Positions 25,701-33,183 of a DNA stretch of 33,183 nucleotides are shown one piece after another. The notes beneath the pieces are model-generated. The model was not told the origin of the DNA. It searched no databases and was given only the letters and a program-made list of their open reading frames with translations. The number at the start of each line of letters is the position of its first letter. The stretch's first letter is position 1. Made by a program: the position numbers and the translations under genes. The stretch is from Chiloscyllium plagiosum (lineage: Eukaryota): contig NC_057718.1 in the NCBI RefSeq assembly GCF_004010195.1, forward strand, positions 11,542,406-11,575,588. The letters run 5' to 3'.

Positions 25701-28237
25701 GGGAGATTGATTGGAACAATTCCAGAACTGAGATCTTGTATTGATCAGGAAAGATTGAAAAATCTTCTGATCATTTCTCTAAATAAGAGGAAACGGGGAA
25801 GGGGAGTGGGTGGGGTCCCAGTAGAGGTTATGCAAGGGAAAGCAAAGATTATAGGCGTTCCCCTGAATGGTAAAACCCAGAAACTAAATATGAATTTGTC
25901 ACAACATAGAGTTTCACACAAACAGCGGTGAAGATGGAGTTCACTCCTACAAGGACTGGCTAATGCAAGAACACTTTGCATGTTCCATCGTTGGTGGAAT
26001 TTGCCCTCTTTCACAGATACCTCCACTTGCTCACACTCCCCAATGTTGAGAAACTATGGTTGACGAGAGTTTGCAGTAAACATCAGTTAACACAGACCAG
26101 AAGCTGAACAATCAAGCAAAGGAGCAGGACTAAATGTTTGCCTTCCCTCGAGAAATACTTTTTGAAATTAGTTACAATACCTTTGAGGTAACTTTAAAAC
26201 AATGACATCAAATATCTAGTACAACTGAACAAAATCCAAAAGAGTTGTGCTTCCTGATTACAGCATGAATTACTTCATAAATTTGGAAAACATTTCCACC
26301 TCACCAATTTAGGAAATTACACTTCTGCGAGATTAACTGTCTCTCGGTCATGCAGAACTTTAGCTTCTCACTGAAAAAAAAAGACGTTGCTGAAAGATTT
26401 TTATGTTTTGCACTCATCAGAACAAACGCAAGAATGTCAAATTTCAAACAATCCCAACAATTTATAATGGAGGGGGAACTGGTTGTCAGGTCAACTCTGA
26501 TTGGTCAATGTGTTGCCAAGGTGATATTACAGGCTCCCCAGGCTCCTAGTTAATTCAATCAAAAAGGTGCAAGGCTTGAACATATTCTCCATGGCAATAC
26601 GTCAGCCAATCAGAGTCAATCAGCACAGTCTTCCTGTGAAATATACATTGATGCGCTCGTTTGTGATTTGGCATTCTTGCACTTGTCCTCATGACTGCAA
26701 GATGAACACCTTCAGCCGTCTCCTTTCAGCAATAACATAAACAACTGCTGAAACAAAATAATGTCTCATCGATCCATGTGTTTGCGAGGAGGGTGTTGGA
26801 AAGCCAGGGGAAACCTGGGAACACTGGCCTCACCTGACAGGTACATTTGGTACAGCTGTCCACTGTCCACTCTTCCTCATTGTCAAAGAGACGCCCACTG
26901 TGCCAGCACTGTCCTGGTCGCACGTTCTTCAAAGTGTCATCGAGAATATCACGAATGATTACATTTTCCTCGGTCTGCGAAAAGAAAGGATTTCCAGGTG
27001 AAGTAATGTTTCTGTGTCATCTAATTAAATCCTTGTTTGTCACTCCTTTTTCACTACACTGTATCTAATTTCCTGATGCTACTCATTACATTACAGCTAC
27101 GGTTAATGGTGATCATGCCCATTATAAGTTGAATGTACAGATGCACAGTTATAATCATAGAGTCATAGAGATGTACAGCACGGAAACAGACCCTTTGGTC
27201 TAACTTGTCCATGCCGTCCAGATATCCCAACCCAATCTAGTCCCACCTGTGAGAACCTGGCCCATATCTCTCCAAACCCTTCCTATTCATATACCCATCC
27301 AGATACCTTTTAAATGTTGTAATTGTACCAGCCTCCACCACTTCCTCTGGCAGCTCATTCCATACACGTACCACCCTCTGTGTGAAAAAGTTGCCCCTTA
27401 GGTCTCTTTTATATCTTTCCCCTCTCACCCTAAACCTATGCCCTCAAGTTCTGGACTACCCCAGCCCAGGGAAAAGACTTTGTCTATTTACCCTATCCAT
27501 GCCCCTCATGATTTTGGAAACCTCTACAAGGTCATGCCTCAACCTCCGACACTCCAGGGAAAACAGCCCCGGCCTATTCAACCTCTCCCTATAGCTCCAT
27601 AGCTTTCAGCCTCCCCGGGGTTTACTTCACCGAATTCACTAAAGCTCCTCAGATAGCACCTTCCAAAACCCAAAAACTCACGGCCATCAAAATAAGAAGG
27701 GCAGCAGTTACATGGAAACATCACCACCTGCAAATTCCCCATCAAACCACTCATCGTCCTGTCGTGGAAATATATCACTATTGCTGGGTCAAAATCCTGG
27801 AATTCCCTCCCTAAGGGCATTGGGGGTCAACCCACAGCACGTGGTGTGAGTCAGGGTTCACCCCCACCTTCTCAAGGGCAACTAGGGATGGACAATAAAT
27901 TCTTGCCCAACCAGTGACGCCCACTGCCCACGAGTGGCTGAAGGGATTTCGACAATTGCCCCATCCCTCTGCACTTTTCTGGCAGTGCCTCCAGCCTTAG
28001 AATGTGCCCTCACAGTTGGCGCTACAACAGGGGCACATACCACTTTGACCAGTCCGTCCGCCAGGTTGCTGACAAGGACCCTCAGTCCGTTCAGCTCCTT
28101 GAACATGTTTCCGATGTCACTGCAGGAGTGGTCGCAGAAATCCACAACTTTGTTGGTTTTGTGCCCGATGAAATCGCTCTTGATGGCGGGGCTGACTCCG
28201 GCAAATTCTTGGTTTTCTTTGCTACTCGCTGCCTCAG
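1001..28237 (-). CDS. THBS2: Partial multi-exon subgroup-A thrombospondin (thrombospondin-2-like); 12 exons in window, 5' and 3' ends outside
   Basis: Exons of 197,141,94,171,177,174,128,153,219,108,160,119 nt. All have AG/GT boundaries and compatible phases, giving 613 complete codons with no stop. Domain order coiled coil-vWC-3xTSR-3xEGF-type 3 repeats is diagnostic of THBS1/THBS2. The THBS2 assignment (versus THBS1 or another paralog) is less certain than the family call. Confidence 0.85.
1459..1743 (-). mobile_element. tRNA-derived SINE, HE1-like
   Basis: Minus-strand head GTGGCTCAGTCGGTAGCACTG, core GTGTGGAGTTTGCACATTCTCCC, CR1-like tail ending GAATCTAATC; highly similar to 28850-29158. 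Confidence 0.8.
1745..2100 (+). mobile_element. Old CR1 fragment (further relics near 1205-1335, 2480-2660, 6935-7240, 11000-11330, 14570-14930, 17075-17210, 25540-25760)
   Basis: [13 protein letters not shown]...SVTKGHNFK and 'LGFLSLE'/'LGLFSLE' remnants in the ORF track. Confidence 0.65.
2955..3114 (-). CDS. THBS2: Thrombospondin exon: type-3 calcium-binding repeats
   Basis: Acceptor TTTTTTTGTAG, donor [59 protein letters not shown]. Confidence 0.95.
3236..3343 (-). CDS. THBS2: Thrombospondin exon: type-3 calcium-binding repeat
   Basis: Acceptor CTCCCAAACAG, donor [42 protein letters not shown]. Confidence 0.95.
4481..4690 (-). mobile_element. Degenerate HE1-like SINE
   Basis: GGACAGT/GGGAGGAAG...ATGTGCAAAC...GTGCTAACCA...CCACAGTGCC motifs shared with other copies. 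Confidence 0.65.
4785..5062. repeat. Degenerate GA/GACA-rich low-complexity tract
   Basis: GAGAGACAG-type units with strong purine bias on +. Confidence 0.7.
5865..6375 (+). mobile_element. LINE (L2/CR1 group) ORF2 3' fragment
   Basis: [40 protein letters not shown]; 3' end GGATAAGAAGTGGTGGCCCAGCCAGTGATGTCCATATCCC followed by an A-rich tail. Confidence 0.8.
7412..7630 (-). CDS. THBS2: Thrombospondin exon: EGF-like 3 plus start of type-3 repeats
   Basis: Acceptor GTTCCCGCAG, donor [79 protein letters not shown]. Confidence 0.95.
7696..7887. mobile_element. Penelope-like palindromic fragment (same family as 739-971) with 14-bp direct repeats
   Basis: ACAATGTCCCTCAG at 7696-7709 and 7874-7887; internal inverted arms GTGGTGCTGGAAAAGCACAGC / GCTGTGCTTTTCCAGCACCAC. 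Confidence 0.75.
8225..8650 (-). mobile_element. Deu-domain SINE (SacSINE1/AmnSINE1-like); other copies at ~15440-15790 (+), ~23030-23300 (-), ~30400-30790 (+)
   Basis: Minus strand GGGCTGTCTTTCAGATGGGATATTAAAA...ATTGCTGTTTGAGGGAGTTTGCTG...TTCAAAAAGTAC...CTACATAAACGCAAC resembles the recalled Deu-domain consensus. Confidence 0.65.
9183..9335 (-). CDS. THBS2: Thrombospondin exon: EGF-like 2 (calcium-binding type)
   Basis: Acceptor CTCTGTTGCAG, donor [57 protein letters not shown]; preceded by a 95-nt intron. Confidence 0.95.
9431..9558 (-). CDS. THBS2: Thrombospondin exon: EGF-like 1
   Basis: Acceptor CTATTGACAG, donor GTACGG; (D)[42 protein letters not shown]. Confidence 0.95.
10167..10340 (-). 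CDS. THBS2: Thrombospondin exon: TSP type-1 repeat 3
   Basis: Acceptor CCTTCACAG, donor GTAGGT; (I)[57 protein letters not shown]. Confidence 0.95.
11545..11721 (-). CDS. THBS2: Thrombospondin exon: TSP type-1 repeat 2
   Basis: Acceptor TGTCTTTAG, donor GTAAGT; (I)[58 protein letters not shown]. Confidence 0.95.
11861..12170 (+). mobile_element. HE1-like SINE
   Basis: GGCACGGTG...GGTTAGCA, B box GGTTCGATTCC, TTTGCACATTCTCCCCGTGTCTGC core, GACTTGTTGGGCC tail. Confidence 0.8.
13165..13425 (+). mobile_element. SINE, third family (copies at ~28400-28600, ~29400-29750 minus, ~32320-32480)
   Basis: GACCTGGGTTCAAATCCC...GATGGTGGAAT-TGAATT; 3' end ATAAATGCTGGCCTAGCCAGCGA resembles the LINE tail at 27890-27930. 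Confidence 0.65.
13541..13970. repeat. Compound (CA)n/(CG) microsatellite
   Basis: 430 bp of CACA/CACG/CAGCCA units. Confidence 0.95.
13985..14155 (-). CDS. THBS2: Thrombospondin exon: TSP type-1 repeat 1 (frame not shown in ORF track)
   Basis: Acceptor TTCTCTCCCCAG, donor [62 protein letters not shown]. Confidence 0.95.
15990..16525 (-). mobile_element. Same LINE family as 5865-6375, with an adjoining plus-strand piece at 16530-16675
   Basis: [20 protein letters not shown] and [23 protein letters not shown]. Confidence 0.8.
17741..17853. repeat. Short inverted repeat, probably Penelope-derived
   Basis: TGCTGGAGCCCACTGTGGGTCAGACAGCAT versus ATGTTGTCTGACCCACTGTGAGCTCCAGCA. Confidence 0.65.
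18312..18405 (-). CDS. THBS2: Thrombospondin exon: second half of vWC domain (frame not shown in ORF track)
   Basis: Acceptor CATCACTGCAG, donor [37 protein letters not shown]; 94 nt, phase 0 to 1. Confidence 0.95.
19387..19710 (+). mobile_element. HE1-like SINE, near full length
   Basis: Pol III A box TGGCTCAATGG and B box GGTTCGATTCC; tail GGGCCGAATGGCCTGTTTC. Confidence 0.85.
20272..20820 (+). mobile_element. Degenerate CR1 LINE 3' fragment
   Basis: CTGGTGAGACCACACCTGGAGTAGTGTGTGCAGTTT (LVRPHLE-CVQF) ... AGAACCAGGGCTCACAGTT ... AATTCTCTGCCACAGAAAGTAGT. Confidence 0.8.
22700..23011. repeat. Polypurine (GA)n-type microsatellite spanning a 47-N assembly gap (22917-22963)
   Basis: Almost pure A/G run with Ns. 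Confidence 0.95.
23801..24220. mobile_element. Long imperfect inverted-repeat (foldback) element with nested insertion at ~23863-23990
   Basis: Left AAAGCTTTTCATCTTGCAGTCATCAGGACAATTCACA versus right TGTGAAATGTCCTGATGAGTGTAAGATGACAAGCTTT; a second copy is at 26386-26716. Confidence 0.65.
24591..24836 (-). mobile_element. CR1 3' fragment with internal deletion, inserted inside a Penelope-like fragment (24500-24920)
   Basis: [32 protein letters not shown]; the flanks join as TTTCCTGCTC|CTCGGATACTG, resembling the 739-971 family. Confidence 0.85.
26386..26716. mobile_element. Foldback element, same family as 23801-24220
   Basis: TTGCACTCATCAGAACAAACGCAAGAATGTCAAAT versus ATTTGGCATTCTTGCACTTGTCCTCATGACTGCAA; inner ACTCTGATTGG / CCAATCAGAGT. 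Confidence 0.65.
26834..26974 (-). CDS. THBS2: Thrombospondin exon: end of coiled coil plus first half of vWC domain
   Basis: Acceptor TTTCTTTTCGCAG, donor [53 protein letters not shown]. Confidence 0.95.
27157..27597 (-). mobile_element. CR1-clade LINE 3' fragment
   Basis: Encodes [43 protein letters not shown] (CR1 ORF2 C-terminus); (CTATGACT)n tail. Confidence 0.9.
27625..27935 (+). mobile_element. 3' end of the same LINE family
   Basis: AAAATCCTGGAATTCCCTCCCTAA...CTTCTCAAGGGCAACTAGGGATGGACAATAAAT...CCAGTGACGCCCAC shared with 6230-6375. Confidence 0.75.
28041..28237 (-). CDS. THBS2: Thrombospondin exon: linker plus trimerisation coiled coil
   Basis: Acceptor TTTTCTGGAACAG, donor GTATGT; encodes [65 protein letters not shown] with the CxxxC inter-chain cysteines. 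Confidence 0.9.
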
Positions 28238-28849
28238 CTGTTCCAGAAAAGTAAGAACAACAGGATCAACACTCATCACGCTCGAGTGCTTTTATAAAAC
28301 ACGAGTCGTCTGGTAGGAAACACAGAGGAGAATCAAGGCAGGCAATACATGGTGGCCAGCCAATGACACACCTATGTGCCGCGAGTGAACTAAAAAAAAC
28401 ATGATAACTGGCACTCGTCGAATTAATGTTCTGGAGACACGGGTTTGATTCAGTAGCTGGGGGAATTTAAATTCAATTAAATAAACATCTGGAATAAATT
28501 GCCGCTCTCATTAAGAATGATCGTAAAACTGCTGGATACTTGTTAAAAACCAATCTGGTTCACCAAGTCCTTCAGCAAAGGAAATCTGCTGTCCATATCA
28601 GGTACCAACGGACCCTGGGGATAAGTTAGCTCAGCTGGTGTGCGATGTAGAATAACAGCTGACGGCATGGGTTCCATTCCTGTTACTGACTGAGTGCACT
28701 GTGAAGGACTCGACCTCATCTATGTCTTACGGTGATCCTCAATGGTCTCTCTTTAACAAAGATTGAGCAAGAGCAGGGTCCTTCGAGCCTACTCCACCAC
28801 TCAATAAGATCATGGCTGATCTTTTCAGGGACTCAGCTACCTTAATTCC

Positions 28850-29158
28850 AGATTAGATTCCCTACAGTGTGGAAACAGGCCCTTCAGCCCAACAAGTCCA
28901 CACCGACCCTCTGAAGAGTAACCCACCCAGACCCATTTCCCTCTGACTAATGCATCTAATACTACGGGCAACTTAGAATGGCCAATTCACCTGACCTGCA
29001 CGTCTTTGGACAGTGGGAGGAAGCCAGAGCACCTGGAGGAAACCCACGCAGACACGGGGAGAATGTACAAACTCCACACAGTCACCTGAGGCTGGAAATG
29101 AACCTGGGACCCTGGTGCTGTGAAGCAGCAGCGCTAACCACTGAGCCACCGTGCCGCT
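28850..29158 (-). mobile_element. HE1-like SINE, near full length, nested in an older CR1 fragment (28765-29250)
   Basis: Minus-strand GCGGCACGGTGGCTCAGTGGTTAGC...GGTTCATTTCC; CR1-type sequence (KLSWNSLPSEVVDATSVNVFKAKID) resumes on the other side. Confidence 0.85.
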
Positions 29159-30999
29159 CAAAGGAATCTATCTTAGCTTTAAACACATTTACCGAAGTAG
29201 CGTCAACGACTTCACTGGGCAAGGAATTCCAAGATAACTTTACCTTTTGTGTTATCGGCCTATCTGTGACTCTCAAGCAACGGTTAACCCTGAGAACCAC
29301 TGAGCCATACCCGACTGTGACAGGACGCAGTGTGGGTGTGGGTGTGTCTATGCCACATGGACTGCAGGATTTGTGAAGGCACCTTACCACGACATTTTAT
29401 AGCAATAGTTTTTTCTTTGTTCTTGTGTGGGACTTGGGCATCACTGGCAAGAGCAGCACCTTGTTGTCCTGTTCCCAATTGCCCTTGTACCAATTCAGGT
29501 GGCAGCCCAGAGTCCGGACTCATGTGTTAGCCAGACCAGGGAACTACAGCAGATTTCTGAACCAGATGGGTTTTTGACAGCACTCAATAATGCTGTGGTC
29601 ATTATTAGTGGGATTAACTTTAGAATTCCAGAATTATTCATTAAATTCCAGCAGCAGACATGATGGGATTTGAACCTGCAACCCAGAGAGTTAGACTGGG
29701 CTGATGGATTACTAGTTCAGTCACATTAGTGCACCACCATCCCATTACCATGTTCTAAGGATGAAATTTTAAAAAAAACTCAAAATGGCCACCCAGCAAC
29801 AGTTGCTAACGTTTCCCTTGTAGTTGCCAAAGTGTTTGGTTTTTATGGAATATGTTCAGGGGATGCATCAGCAGAATTTTAATGGACTCAGCACAGTGAA
29901 TCTATTTCTGCAGCCCTCACTGGCAACCAAAACAGCCAATTTTACAGACAATTCTCGCATTAGGAGGAGAATCATTAGGGACCAGATTCCAGAGCCAGCA
30001 TGCATCCAAAATAAATCACTGTGGGGGAAGTGGAAAGTGTAATAATCAGGGAAAAACTATGGCAGATGCCTTTATGTGAAGACTACTGCACTGCCAACGG
30101 TTGGAAACTCAACACACACCAGCCTTTCGTCACTTCAATCTCCTTGCTAAGTCTGAAATATTGCCGCTGACAAAATATTACATTATTACTGCTAAACTCC
30201 CTCAGACAGAAGTACAACCACCAAACCGTGACATCAACGTCCTTACATATGCAGAATGCTATGCTGCCGACAATGTTAGTTTTGAGTCACTTCCATTCAA
30301 GAATGAAAATGAAATCATGAGATAGAAGAAGGATCAGTGCACCCCATCGAGAAAGGTTTCGGATCTTCCCCAGCAAGGCACTCAACTCTCTCTTACACCA
30401 ACTCCAATTTCTACTCTGCATTATCCTGACTGTGGAGTTCATTCACTCCTGCCTCACTACTGATGGAGTGCTGCTTTACCCAAACAGCTGTTTCATGGTT
30501 GAGGTGGGTTACAGCAAGACCCTATCTGCTGTCTCAGGATTTCAGTGCAGTTTTTGGTTAAGAATCGAAGGGATCTCCTTGCTGTCTTGGTCCAACATTT
30601 GAACCTTATCCTACAATCGCTGAGGAACAGCTTATCTAGTCATTAATGCATTGCTGCTTCTGGGAGCTTGCTCTGTGCCCAAAGGGGCTGCTGTGCTTTA
30701 CGTTATAGTGAGAGCACTAAACATTTTACCAGCTGTCAAGTGCTTTTGGGATGGTCAGAGTTGGAGAGAGGTGGAATATAAACACAGGTCTTGTGCTGTT
30801 ACTTCCTCATGATCCTTTGAAGGTTGGTACAGAATGTTATACTAATGAACTCCACCACATCCTTGCTTTTCCATACAGGATTACAGACCAAATTCCAACC
30901 AGCTAATTGGAAAAACACGTGGCGTAGTGCATATCCTGATGGTTAATGAACCATGTATGCCAAGGCATTAAGGCAAGGTCTAAGTCAAAGGCTAAATAA

Positions 31000-31247
31000 A
31001 AACCGAAAGGACTGCAGATGCTATAAATCAGAGACAAAAATAGAAATTTCTGTAAAAGCTCAGCAGATGTGGCAGCATCTGTGGAGAGAAATCAGAGTTA
31101 AGGTTTCAGATTGAGTGACCTTTCCTCAGAACGGAGTGACCCTTTCTCAGGGTCCTGAGGATCACTTGGACTGAAACATTAACTGATTTCTCTCCACAGA
31201 TGCTGCCACATCCACTGAGCATTTAGAGCAATTTCTCTTTTTGTCTG
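31000..31247. mobile_element. Palindromic Penelope-like fragment, second family
   Basis: Inverted arms GATGTGGCAGCATCTGTGGAGAGAAATCAG / CTGATTTCTCTCCACAGATGCTGCCACATC; related to 23863-23990 and 19990-20100. Confidence 0.65.
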
Positions 31248-31559
31248 TAAATAAAAGGTTGAATTATTATTGAAGACCTGTGCTCCATCCTGGATTTGTT
31301 TGTAGACAGTGGGATTGGGTAAGAAGCCACTCTCTTATCAGTATCGATGGGCTGTTTGAGATATCACATGCAGAACCAGGAAGTTCCAGCACCAAGCTCT
31401 GGATAGAGTGTAAAAAGTCACAGACTCAAAATGCCCACTAACAATGGGTTGTTCCAGTTGCAAGTCCATGCAGGTCCATACAACCAGCTAAATAATTCCC
31501 AGGATTGGTGATGCAAACAGTGTACAGACACCCAGCCTAAACCTGGGCTAATACTATGC

Positions 31560-31660
31560 GAAAGTGAGGACTGCAGATGCTGGAGATCAGAGTCAAGATT
31601 AGAGTGGTGCTGGAAAAGCACAGCAGATCAGGCAGCATCCGAGGAGCAGGAAAATCGACT
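31560..31660 (-). mobile_element. Penelope-like terminal fragment (family of 739-971)
   Basis: GAAAGTGAGGACTGCAGATGCTGGAGATCAGAG...GCTGGAAAAGCACAGCAG...AATCGAC is shared with the copies at 751 and 7711. Confidence 0.7.
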
Positions 31661-31787
31661 CGGCAAGCACCGAGCAACAATTTGGCATTAATTCGTTCAA
31701 CGCACACCCCACGGCACATCTGCTTTCAAAGGTCTTCTTTATCACTGGGCTTCAACTCAGAATTGATTCAGCTCCCTACTCTTGGTC

Positions 31788-32005
31788 TGGTTGGTTAGCT
31801 CAGTAGGTTTGACAGCTGGTTTATAACATAGTGTGATACCAACAGCGTGGGTTCAATTCCCACACTAGCTGTGGTTACAATGAAGGACTCAACCTCTCCC
31901 CTTAACTGAGGTGTGCTGAGCCTCAGGTCAAACCACCACCAGTCATCTCTCTCTCAAATGAGTGAGGAGCCTTATGGTCTGGTGAGACTATGGTGACACT
32001 TGTCA
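31788..32005 (+). mobile_element. tRNA-headed SINE, second family (copies at ~18058-18205, ~18520-18725, ~28620-28750)
   Basis: A box TAGCTCAGTAGG, B box GGTTCAATTCC, shared CCTCAGGTYAAACCACCMCCAGTC block. Confidence 0.7.
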
Positions 32006-32494
32006 CTTTAGCTGATATTTCTGCCTGAGTGGGCAATAGAAACCCAGGCTACCCAATAATTTGCTAACTCCTCTCAAATTTTCCAAGGTTCGCCGAATTA
32101 GTTCTTACAGTTACGACTAGTTAAGACATGGCCTTTGAATGTGTCATGAATGAACGTCTATTTATACGGATACCCTGATATGGAACATGCATAGTTGTCA
32201 TATCATCCTGAACATTCAGCAGGTACCATTTCATATTTGTTTAGCTCATGCAAAACTCAAACGATAGCTTCCACCTTCGCTCAGTTTAAAGAGATTAGTC
32301 TGCACTGGGGGATACTAAGGGAGGCAATGGCCTAGCGTTTTTATCATTAGTCTGTTAATTCAGAGATCAGTTAATGTACTCGGGACCTGGGTTCAAATTC
32401 CATCATAGGAGATGGAGGAATTTGAATTCAATTAAAAAATCCTGAATTATGAGTCCAATGATGACAAAATTATGAACAACATTATCAAAATGAT

Positions 32495-32951
32495 ATAGAG
32501 TCACAGAGAGATTCAGCATGGAAACAGATCCTTCGGTCCAACTCATCCATGCCAACCAGATAGTCCAGATAAATCCAGTCCCATTTGCAAGCATTTGGCC
32601 CTTTTCCCTCCAATCCCTTCCTATTCACATGCCCATCCAGATGCCTTTTAAATGTTGTCATTGTACCAGCCTCCTTCACTTCCTCTGAAAGCTCATTCGA
32701 TACACGCACCACTCTCTGCGTGAAAATGTTGCCCCTTAGGTCCCTTTTAAGTCTTTCCCCTCGCACCTTAAACCTATGCCCTCTCGTTTTGGACTCCACT
32801 ACAGCAAGGAAAAGACCTCGTCGATTTACCCTATCTATGTCCCTCATGATTTTATAAATCTCTATAAGGTCACACCTCAGGCTCCGATGCTCCAGGGAAA
32901 ACAGCCCCAACCTATTCAGTCTCTCCCTGTAGGTCAAACCCTCCGACCCTG
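32495..32951 (-). mobile_element. CR1-clade LINE 3' fragment, 5'-truncated
   Basis: [32 protein letters not shown]...KTRGHRFKV...FTQRVV. Confidence 0.9.
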
Positions 32952-33183
32952 ATAGAGTCATAGAGTCATAGAGATGTACAGCATGGAAACAGACCCTTCG
33001 GTCCAACCTCTCCATGCTGACCAGATATCCCAACTCAATCTAGTCCCACCTGCCAGCACCCGGCCCATATCCCTCCAAACCCTTCCTATTCATATACCCA
33101 TCCAAATGCCTCTTAAATGTTGTAATTGTACCAGCCTCCACTACTTCCTCTGGCAGCTCACTTCTTACACGTACCACCCTCTG
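32952..33183 (-). mobile_element. Second CR1 3' end abutting the previous copy, runs off window
   Basis: ATAGAGTCATAGAGTCATAGAGATGTACAGCATGGAAACAGACCC tail; highly similar to 27157-27380. Confidence 0.9.

Noticed and set aside
28238..33183. Upstream thrombospondin exon (end of the N-terminal laminin-G domain, GxLQNV...KGC type)
   Set aside because: I found no matching frame with splice sites by eye; it is probably beyond the window, and a tblastn search would settle this

Overview
Eukaryotic genomic DNA, most likely from a cartilaginous fish (shark); this is inferred from the repeat families (HE1-like tRNA-SINEs, CR1 LINE 3' ends, Deu-domain SINEs, Penelope-like fragments). The window covers the middle of a minus-strand subgroup-A thrombospondin gene, overall most like THBS2. 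I could delimit 12 GT-AG exons by hand (28237 down to 1001; 1841 nt) that splice into one stop-free frame. They encode the CxxxC trimerisation coiled coil, vWC, three TSP type-1 repeats, three EGF domains and the first type-3 calcium-binding repeats. The 5' and 3' ends of the gene lie outside the window. The introns are filled with retroelement debris, an 18-bp minisatellite, CA and GA microsatellites and a 47-N assembly gap. The two most interesting signals are (i) short palindromic elements, two with exact 14-bp target-site duplications, carrying minimal hammerhead-ribozyme cores, the best preserved lying on the pre-mRNA strand, and (ii) a protein that mixes THBS1-like and THBS2-like segments and lacks both the KRFK and exact CSVTCG motifs. 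Comparisons with human proteins and repeat consensuses are from recall, not from searches.
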